Shown here: in pieces, positions 57,044 through 64,000 of the stretch | Numbering within the stretch: position 1 is the stretch's first letter | Layout of the letters: the number at the start of each line of letters is the position of its first letter | DNA from: a virus | Taxonomy: Duplodnaviria > Caudoviricetes | DNA length: 64,000 nt | Reading direction: 5' to 3' (one strand) | IMG/VR virus record: IMGVR_UViG_2602041658_000005 | Location: 15,174-79,173 of that record | Notes under the pieces: model-generated | Database searches by the model: none | What the model was told of the DNA's origin: nothing | What the model saw: the letters and a program-made list of their open reading frames with translations, nothing else | Made by a program: the position numbers and the translations under genes

Positions 57044-58657
57044 ATGAGTGGTATGTGTTATAACGATAGAGAATTTAGCAGGTGTGGCGGAGCGGAAGAG
57101 CCGCAGACAGCGAAAGGGATAGTGAAGATAAACTACAAAGAGGACTTTGAAGTTGTGGTAGAGCTTATGGCAGGCGAAGAGCCTTATAAGATAGGCGAGG
57201 TGGACGACTTTGAGATTAAGTTCCAAGTGGGGGTAGCAACGTATAGCGTAGGCAGGAAAGCAGGCGTGTGGAACAGATGCGAGTTAGCGGACGAGAACAA
57301 GGTACGCTGTTTCTTGAGTAAGCATAAACTTCATGTTGGCAGGTTACGTGTAGAGGTGTATGTAAAGACCCAAGATGCGAATTTCGATAACGGCAAGAGG
57401 CTACACGTTGCTATTGCAGAGGGTGTGGTAGAGTTAGTACGAGAGAACTCACGCTTTGATGCAGCAGAGATAAAGGCTTACATGCCTATGGTGCTTACGG
57501 ACGCATATAAGTTAGCTAAGGAGCATGGCTACGGAGGTACGCAAGAGGAATACTATAATACGTTCAGCGATATTACGTCTTTGTTAGGTGAGTTAAGGAG
57601 CGTTGCCAAGAATGAGAGTCAGAGGGTGGAAGCGGAGAAGAAACGCGAGGAGTACACTGATAAGATACACGCCACATTAGGCGAGGCAGAACGCTTGGCA
57701 GCACTAAGGAAAAAGGAATACGAGCAGGAAATGGAAGTGCGTAAGGTGGTAGAAGCGGAACCTAAAGACCCACAATATAATATATGGTTTGACACTAAGA
57801 CAGGGACGGTGAAAAGGACACCTGTAGAAGACCATCTATCTTATTCTACTTACAGAGTGTATTACATGGGTGCTTACACGGTAAAGGGGAGGTTAGGACG
57901 ATTCTCTGCCCCTTATGGGGATAGCGGTAACGAGTATGTTAAGGAGTTAGACTTGAGCCGGTGGGACACCACGCTGATGACTGATGTGAGCAGTATGTTT
58001 TATGGTTGGAAAGCGTTAAGAGGTGTGAACTTCGATGGGTGGACGATGAAGAACGTGAGAAATGCAACCGAAATGTTCGAGAACTGCGACAGCTTGAGAT
58101 ATATAGACACAAGCTCTTGGCAGATGAAGAGCTTACAAAATGCAGAGTATATGTTCTCCTATTGCACACGCTTGGACGCATTAGATGCGAGTTCTTGGGA
58201 TTTGTCGGAGCTAACGAGTGGCTCTTTTATGTTTAGAAATTGCTCATCTTTACAAGAGTTAGACACGAGCAAATGGAACTTGTCGAATATAAAGTGGACA
58301 GGGTCTATGTTTCAAAACTGCTCGAGCCTAAAGAAGTTGGATTTCAGAAATAGCACCTTTAGGAAAGTAGAAGGCGCAAGTGATATGTTCTATGGCGTAG
58401 ATAGCTTGCAGGAACTATGGCTGCCGCTAACCTTTGACCAGTTGGAGGAACTGAAGATAAACGGTACATCGAAATGGGGAGAAACCGAAGAGGGACTAAA
58501 ATCGCTTAAATGGACTTTTGGCGAGGGAGCAGACGACAGAGTAGCGAGAGGACTAAAGCCATGCGTGATAACGTTAGACAGGAAGGTGTATGACAGGTTG
58601 AGCGATGAGGAGCGTGCTGCGGCAGCTAAGAAAGGCTGGACGATAGCAAAGTACTAA
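57044..58657 (+). CDS. Putative tail fibre / receptor-binding protein with BspA/DUF285-like leucine-rich repeats
   Basis: Six ~26-aa LDxSxW...MFxNCxSL repeats; AYKLAKEHGYGGT motif. Confidence 0.75.
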   Translation: MSGMCYNDREFSRCGGAEEPQTAKGIVKINYKEDFEVVVELMAGEEPYKIGEVDDFEIKFQVGVATYSVGRKAGVWNRCELADENKVRCFLSKHKLHVGRLRVEVYVKTQDANFDNGKRLHVAIAEGVVELVRENSRFDAAEIKAYMPMVLTDAYKLAKEHGYGGTQEEYYNTFSDITSLLGELRSVAKNESQRVEAEKKREEYTDKIHATLGEAERLAALRKKEYEQEMEVRKVVEAEPKDPQYNIWFDTKTGTVKRTPVEDHLSYSTYRVYYMGAYTVKGRLGRFSAPYGDSGNEYVKELDLSRWDTTLMTDVSSMFYGWKALRGVNFDGWTMKNVRNATEMFENCDSLRYIDTSSWQMKSLQNAEYMFSYCTRLDALDASSWDLSELTSGSFMFRNCSSLQELDTSKWNLSNIKWTGSMFQNCSSLKKLDFRNSTFRKVEGASDMFYGVDSLQELWLPLTFDQLEELKINGTSKWGETEEGLKSLKWTFGEGADDRVARGLKPCVITLDRKVYDRLSDEERAAAAKKGWTIAKY

Positions 58658-58702
58658 GAAAGGAAAATAAAAAAACATAAAAAGCAGAAAGGAAAAGATA
58701 TA

Positions 58703-59326
58703 ATGGAAGTACGAGAGATAAGCGGTTGTAAGGTATTGATAGCCGATGAGGGTAAGAAGATAATGCGTAATGGGAACGTTTACGGCTATGAGGTGTGGCT
58801 ATCTACCTTAGATAACGCAGAGGGATATACGGAGATAGATATTCAAGAGGCAGAGCGCATAGAGAAAGAACGAGAGCAGGAGGCACGTAAAAAACGAGAG
58901 GAGCGACACTCTGCTACTTCTTCACAAAGAGGCGAAGAGCAGGGGAAAGAGGAGCTACCTTTAGAAGCCGAGAAAGCGAGGAAGATAGCAGAGATAGAAG
59001 ACTACTCTAATAGTAGCAACGTAAACGACTTAACCTTTAAAGGGTTGCATACGTGGGTAACACCTGCTGTGAGGGCAAACTACTTAGTGAGCTTAGACGC
59101 TGCCGAGCTGTTGGGAGAGAAAGACATAACCTTTGTGGTAGAGGGCGTGCAGGTAACTTTAGCGATAGAGAAAGTGCGGATAATCTTAGCGCAGATACAA
59201 CGTTATGCTGATGCGTGCTACATAGTAACAGAGGGACATAAGAGAGCCGTGAGAGCATTAGAGAATGTAGACGAGGTGAGAGGGTATGACTTTACGAAAG
59301 GTTACCCTAATAAGCTGAACTTTTAA
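58703..59326 (+). CDS. Putative tail fibre assembly protein (DUF4376-like)
   Basis: KARKIAEI..Y...VN...YADACY.VT..HK..V...YDF..GYP. Confidence 0.6.
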   Translation: MEVREISGCKVLIADEGKKIMRNGNVYGYEVWLSTLDNAEGYTEIDIQEAERIEKEREQEARKKREERHSATSSQRGEEQGKEELPLEAEKARKIAEIEDYSNSSNVNDLTFKGLHTWVTPAVRANYLVSLDAAELLGEKDITFVVEGVQVTLAIEKVRIILAQIQRYADACYIVTEGHKRAVRALENVDEVRGYDFTKGYPNKLNF

Positions 59327-59350
59327 AGAGCAGAAAGGAGAAAGAAGACA

Positions 59351-59644
59351 ATGAGGCTAAAAGGAATATTGTGGCGAAATGGAGTAAATGGGTGTGGCGT
59401 AATGGGGTTGCGTCCGCCATTCTTTGGAATGTTTCAAGAATATTGTGAGCTGCATGATGCTATGTATAACGAGGGTGGCGGTAAGAAAGAACGCTTTAGA
59501 GCGGATAAAAGGCTGTTAGCAGATATGGTGAGTAGAAGTACTTGCACATGGCTTATGGTGTGGTGCTTTGCGTATTATATGGCTGTGCGTGGCTTTGGCT
59601 GGCTGTTCTTTAACTATAAGGGAAAGGAGGAAAAGAAATGTTAG
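59351..59644 (+). CDS. Small protein with a phospholipase A2-like motif
   Basis: NGCG...CELHDAMY...ADKRL. Confidence 0.55.
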   Translation: MRLKGILWRNGVNGCGVMGLRPPFFGMFQEYCELHDAMYNEGGGKKERFRADKRLLADMVSRSTCTWLMVWCFAYYMAVRGFGWLFFNYKGKEEKKC

Positions 59645-60129
59645 AGTTAGAAATATCACATCACTTCCTACATTCTATGGGTGTACATTTAGGCATTTGC
59701 GGTATGCTGTGGGCGGTCATCGTCTTAGCAATACTTGTAGACCTTTGGGACAGGATATACACGAATAAGAAGTTAGGCAAGAAAGTATCATCGCATAAGA
59801 TGAGAATCACCATAGACAAGTTTACGGAGTATTGGCGGTTTATGCTGATAGCGTTCACGATAGACACGGTACTATTTATTGGATTTTATCTTTACCATAT
59901 ACCTTTATTGCCTTACGCCTCAATGGCTCTGTGCATAGTGCTGCTTATAATAGAGATAAAATCATTATACGAACACGCTAAGGAGCGTAAGAGCGAGCTT
60001 GTGCAGCTTAACGACTTAATGCAGATAGTTATTAACGCTACTACATCAGCTGATGCTAAGGACGCTATAAAAAGCGTATCGGAGTTTATTACTAAAAGTA
60101 GAGGTGCGGTGCAGGATAATGGGCAGTAA
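59638..60129 (+). CDS. Holin
   Basis: Three TM segments; EIKSLYE; directly upstream of the endolysin. Confidence 0.75.
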   Translation: MLELEISHHFLHSMGVHLGICGMLWAVIVLAILVDLWDRIYTNKKLGKKVSSHKMRITIDKFTEYWRFMLIAFTIDTVLFIGFYLYHIPLLPYASMALCIVLLIIEIKSLYEHAKERKSELVQLNDLMQIVINATTSADAKDAIKSVSEFITKSRGAVQDNGQ

Positions 60130-60291
60130 AAGAGAAGAAGAGTAAAAACTATATTTTCATACTTTTATATTTTATTTGTTATTATATTTTTATTTTGAAA
60201 GTATCTTTATTTTATTCACTACATCGGTACGCGAGTATAGGTGTAGTTTTTAATTTAAACTAAAAAACAAAAAGAAAGGAAATTATATATT

Positions 60292-60792
60292 ATGGCAGAT
60301 TACAAGAAGTTAATACCATTTATAAAGAAGAGTGAGGGTGGTTTTGTAAACGACCCCTTAGACCGTGGCGGTGCTACAAACATGGGGATAACAATAAACA
60401 CATACAGAACCGTGTACGGCAGCAAGAAGACCGTAGATGACCTTAAACATATAACCGAGCAGGAGTGGGAACACGTCTTTAAGCATATCTTTTGGGATAG
60501 ATGCAAGGCGGACGAGATAAAGTCGCAAGGAGTAGCCAATAACATGGTAGATTGGGTATGGGGCAGCGGCATAAGCGGCATTAAAGGTGTGCAAAGGCTT
60601 GTAGGCGTGAAAGCAGACGGCATAGTAGGTAGTAACACCTTAGCGGCTATAAACGCGGCAGGAGAGAGCCTCTTTCCACGTATTACACAGGCAAGGATAA
60701 GGTTTTATAACGCTATCGTAAGCAGCCGACCAAATCAAAAACGATTCCTTAATGGCTGGATTTGCAGAGCATACGGAGTGCCGAAGAAGTAA
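60292..60792 (+). CDS. Endolysin, GH108 lysozyme with peptidoglycan-binding domain
   Basis: EGGFVNDPLDRGGATNMGIT; DGIVG..TL; FLNGW..R. Confidence 0.92.
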   Translation: MADYKKLIPFIKKSEGGFVNDPLDRGGATNMGITINTYRTVYGSKKTVDDLKHITEQEWEHVFKHIFWDRCKADEIKSQGVANNMVDWVWGSGISGIKGVQRLVGVKADGIVGSNTLAAINAAGESLFPRITQARIRFYNAIVSSRPNQKRFLNGWICRAYGVPKK

Positions 60793-60808
60793 GAGTGCGT
60801 AATAGATT

Positions 60809-61375
60809 ATGAAGATACAATATAATAAAGGAAATTTACCCCACATTCTCATTTGCATTTTAAGCCTGTTTCTTATGTTAAGCCTACTACTTAACTATTG
60901 GCAGTGCGAACGCGCTCATACGCCACACGGAGCAGCGATTAAAAGCGATACTATTACCCTGCATGATACCGTTACGGAGCTATTGCCAATGGTTAGGGAT
61001 AGTATCGTGATAAGAAGAGAAGTGGCGAGGCTTAAAGTGGTGGTGCCACAAGCTAACAACATAAGCTCTGATACTATTAATAACATAGCTAATGTAGAGG
61101 GCGGCAGCATACAAGCGAAGAGGGATAGCGTGAGCGTGGAAGTGCCTATCGTGCAAAAGATGTATGAGGGAAAAGGATATAAAGCCTATATAAGCGGCTA
61201 CCATGCAAGCCTTGATAGTATTAAGCTATATAGAGATACAAAGATTATAACTAATACTATAATGCCTAAAACTAAACGGTGGGGAGTAAGTCTGCAAGCT
61301 GGATATGGATATAACGGCAGAGAGTTTAAACCATACATCGGTATAGGGGTAAGCTACAATATCTTTGCTTTTTAA
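60809..61375 (+). CDS. Putative spanin-like lysis protein
   Basis: N-terminal TM segment, DT repeats, C-terminal WG...GYG...YIGIGVSY; follows the endolysin. Confidence 0.55.
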   Translation: MKIQYNKGNLPHILICILSLFLMLSLLLNYWQCERAHTPHGAAIKSDTITLHDTVTELLPMVRDSIVIRREVARLKVVVPQANNISSDTINNIANVEGGSIQAKRDSVSVEVPIVQKMYEGKGYKAYISGYHASLDSIKLYRDTKIITNTIMPKTKRWGVSLQAGYGYNGREFKPYIGIGVSYNIFAF

Positions 61376-61538
61376 GGGGAAGTATTGTTAGTAAAAGTTA
61401 AATTATCGAGTACATATCAAAATAATGATTATTTTATTTTGATTTTTAGAAAATACTTATTACCTTTGCATCAGTTAAACAAATAAACATATAACAATTA
61501 AGAAAGGTGAGACACACCGTAACAACTGTAAAAGAATT

Positions 61539-61769
61539 ATGAAGTACCAATGGGAGAATGGCTTTAAAAGAGAAACGTTAGAAATGATGAACAAGTCTTC
61601 ACTTAGCTATCATTATGGTATCGTAGAAATGGAAGACGGACGCGTGTTCAGTGAAAGCCGTTGTTACAACGATAACGTAAAGCCTTGTTATGAGGTACTG
61701 ACCAGCAAAGAGGGCGTGCGATACAACGTAAACTTAAACAATGGTATGGCATACAAGACAAACTTATAA
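61539..61769 (+). CDS. Hypothetical protein (moron)
   Basis: Own promoter TACCTTTG at 61461-61468. Confidence 0.6.
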   Translation: MKYQWENGFKRETLEMMNKSSLSYHYGIVEMEDGRVFSESRCYNDNVKPCYEVLTSKEGVRYNVNLNNGMAYKTNL

Positions 61770-61773
61770 AAGT

Positions 61774-62157
61774 ATGGACAAATACGTAATACAGAAGAGC
61801 AGTACCCAGCCTAATGGTTGGGTATTGACCGATACTGAAGAGGGCATAGTGGTGAGGTTTGAGGACGGAAAGTACAACGAAACGCAGAAAGTAACCATTC
61901 TTGAAGATAAGCCTAATCCTTCGGCGGCGGAGTTAGCACGTGTGATGCGAGAAATAGGGGAATGGGCAGTAAAGTATCATAGTAGTAAATGTTTCTCACA
62001 ACCATACGGTTATGAATATAGGGAAGCCGATGAGAAGCTATGTCTATACAGGCGTAACGAGCCACGATGGCATTTAATCATAGAGGGGGAAACAGATGCG
62101 GAACGCCTTGCAACATCATTACGTAAGGCAGCGGAATTTGTAACAAAAAGAAAATGA
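61774..62157 (+). CDS. Hypothetical protein
   Basis: MDKYVIQKSSTQPNGWVLTD. Confidence 0.65.
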   Translation: MDKYVIQKSSTQPNGWVLTDTEEGIVVRFEDGKYNETQKVTILEDKPNPSAAELARVMREIGEWAVKYHSSKCFSQPYGYEYREADEKLCLYRRNEPRWHLIIEGETDAERLATSLRKAAEFVTKRK

Positions 62158-62432
62158 TAAGCATAGAGCAAGAGCAAGAAGTAATACGGCTTTATCGTGG
62201 GAGGAAGAATAGCATAAAGCAGATAATGGCTAAGACAGGGGTAAGGTCTGAGCAGACCATATATAGGATATTGTCTGCTAACAACGTCCCGCTTTTGAAA
62301 AAGCGAAAGCCCACGAAGAGAATATCCGTAGGGCTTGATGAGGAAGCCGAGCGTATCATTAGAAAAGCAAGACCAAGAAACGTGTCGGAGTTCGTGTCTG
62401 AAATGATTAAGAGGGGTTACGAAAAGCTGTAG
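62154..62432 (+). CDS. HTH plus RHH-like DNA-binding protein
   Basis: IKQIMAKTGVRSEQTIYRIL; RISVGLD...NVSEFV. Confidence 0.7.
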   Translation: MISIEQEQEVIRLYRGRKNSIKQIMAKTGVRSEQTIYRILSANNVPLLKKRKPTKRISVGLDEEAERIIRKARPRNVSEFVSEMIKRGYEKL

Positions 62433-62604
62433 CCCCCCTGCTTGCGTTGTTACATTTTTATGATTTCGTTGCAATGGGTATTACACTTTTTTATACCTTT
62501 GCAGTGGAGAGTTTTATACGTAAATTATATTTCATAGGTTAAAAAGTTTAAGCAATTAGCTGGCGAGCTAATGATAAATAATTTTGTTTATTTAATTTTT
62601 ATAA

Positions 62605-62648
62605 TAAAGCACCCACCGCTTGTAGAAAGTAGTGGGGCTTTTTATTTT
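62605..62648. terminator. Terminator downstream of the integrase
   Basis: AAAGC.CCCAC...GTGGGGCTTT stem with T-tract. Confidence 0.55.
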
Positions 62649-64000
62649 TATAAATTACTTATCACATCTTTTAATATAGAGTCGTCAATATTGCGGTAGC
62701 GCGCAAACGCTTTTGATCCCTCTACGTGTCCGCTCATCTTTCCTACTATGTTAGGGTCTTTTACCAAAGAATAAGCATTCCCTACAAATGTGCGCCTTGC
62801 CATGTGGCTACTTGCTATTTCGTTAATGTGGCGTTGTTCGGGTTCTCCCGTAAGGGGGTTGCGCACCGTTACAATACGGTCGATACCAACTATAGATAAA
62901 ATTTCTTTAATAGCATTATTATATTTTTGAGAAGGAATACATGGTAGCAGCTTATCTCCTGCGGTGTTTTTATATCGCTCTATAATGGCTTTGGCTTGTT
63001 CGTGTAATGGCACACGCGCTATCAGAGTTTGCTCGCCATCGTCTTTTGTCTTATGAGGAGCATATACGAGAAAGCCTTCTGAAACATTGCTTTTTGTGAG
63101 CCTTTCCAAATCGCTAACACGACACCCTACAAGACATTGAAAAATAAATATATCACGTTGGCGAGCTAAGTATGCAGATGTGAATGGATATTGGGATATT
63201 TTATTTCTTTCATCTATACTAAGATAATAAGGTGTACCATAATGAGTGGAGCCAAGAGAAATGGATTTAAAAGGATTGTTATCAATGCGCTCTGTGTTAT
63301 TCAGCCATAGAAAAAATGATTTTATTTTTTTTACTATCCCGATTATAGTATTTTCACCTTTAGGCTTAATTATATTATTACCCTTAGGAACAATACCTTG
63401 ACTATCTTGTATAATCTTTTCAAGAAGAGCTGTATTCTCTAAGTATAATTTATGCTCGTTTCTTATATAGCTAATAAATTCTTCTATTTCAGCTCTCTTT
63501 ACGGTGTAAGGGTCGAACTTGTATTTTGGATTTTTAGTGGCTCTTTTGTAAAGCTCATAACGTTTAATATCACGGAAAGCAACTAAGACTCCTGGCTTGT
63601 ACGCTGCTGAGAAATTTTTATTATCAAGAAATTCTGTTATGAGATTTTCTAAAGATTTCTTTTTCCCTTTTATTATTGTATTAGGATTGTGAAATTGGAA
63701 GATAATAGACTTTAGCCACTCTCCATTAATTTCTTCATTTATGGTTTGAGAAAGTGATTTAAGAATGAAAGCCTCTAAATTTTGCATTTTTCTTAATTGC
63801 TCTTCGTGATAATCATTGTCATTGTTTAATTTGCGACGATTAACGAAAATTTCTCCTTTCCTAAAGTTTGATGGTGTAACAAATATTCCAGATTTACCTC
63901 TTACGAAATAATCCTTACCATTCTTTAAACTAATTAGCACTTCTGCTAAATTAGTACCTTTTTGTACTTTCTGTGAAAGTCGTTTGTAGATTGTAACCAT
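62648..64000 (-). CDS. int: Phage integrase (tyrosine recombinase with arm-binding and SAM-like domains)
   Basis: GCRVSDL, KT, SHMARRTF, MSGH, FARY. Confidence 0.93.
   Translation of the reverse strand: MVTIYKRLSQKVQKGTNLAEVLISLKNGKDYFVRGKSGIFVTPSNFRKGEIFVNRRKLNNDNDYHEEQLRKMQNLEAFILKSLSQTINEEINGEWLKSIIFQFHNPNTIIKGKKKSLENLITEFLDNKNFSAAYKPGVLVAFRDIKRYELYKRATKNPKYKFDPYTVKRAEIEEFISYIRNEHKLYLENTALLEKIIQDSQGIVPKGNNIIKPKGENTIIGIVKKIKSFFLWLNNTERIDNNPFKSISLGSTHYGTPYYLSIDERNKISQYPFTSAYLARQRDIFIFQCLVGCRVSDLERLTKSNVSEGFLVYAPHKTKDDGEQTLIARVPLHEQAKAIIERYKNTAGDKLLPCIPSQKYNNAIKEILSIVGIDRIVTVRNPLTGEPEQRHINEIASSHMARRTFVGNAYSLVKDPNIVGKMSGHVEGSKAFARYRNIDDSILKDVISNL

Larger units (their letters stand above)
1..64000. 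mobile_element. Temperate tailed phage / prophage (partial), Bacteroidota host inferred
   Basis: Terminase, portal, capsid, tape measure, holin/endolysin, integrase and antirepressors are present; no host housekeeping genes were seen. Confidence 0.95.

Noticed and set aside
52626-58657. Diversity-generating retroelement targeting tail proteins
   Set aside because: No reverse transcriptase in the window and no template/variable repeat pair noticed; one outside the window cannot be excluded.
1-64000. tRNA or rRNA genes and att sites
   Set aside because: None recognised by eye. The window ends at the integrase start codon, so an att site may lie outside it.

Overview
This window is AT-rich DNA covering most of a temperate tailed (siphovirus-type) phage or prophage. 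The host is probably a Bacteroidota species (Prevotella/Bacteroides-like), inferred from TAnnTTTG promoters and AT-rich leaders without Shine-Dalgarno sites. Left to right: a methyltransferase and antirepressor region (1-8.5 kb); a second tyrosine recombinase, an antirepressor, a Panacea toxin-antitoxin pair and lipoprotein morons (8.6-14.3 kb); a leftward operon of small early-type genes including ArdA (14.6-23.4 kb); a 1.8-kb non-coding switch region with simple repeats; a D5/SF3 helicase block; divergent packaging genes (portal, intein-containing terminase) and head/tail genes; lysis genes; and an integrase at the right edge. Three structures stand out. (1) A C5-methyltransferase whose variable region is broken into a tandem array of overlapping ~55-aa mini-ORFs, each resembling a target-recognition module. 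(2) A strongly strand-oriented TCGTAC motif, about 31 copies by eye in 6.6 kb of the early operon, embedded even inside coding sequence; an AGCACC motif replaces it further right. (3) A regular array of same-sized hairpins, one before each early gene, whose mismatches are G-U pairs on the transcribed strand. All counts are manual and all family calls are motif recognition, not database searches.
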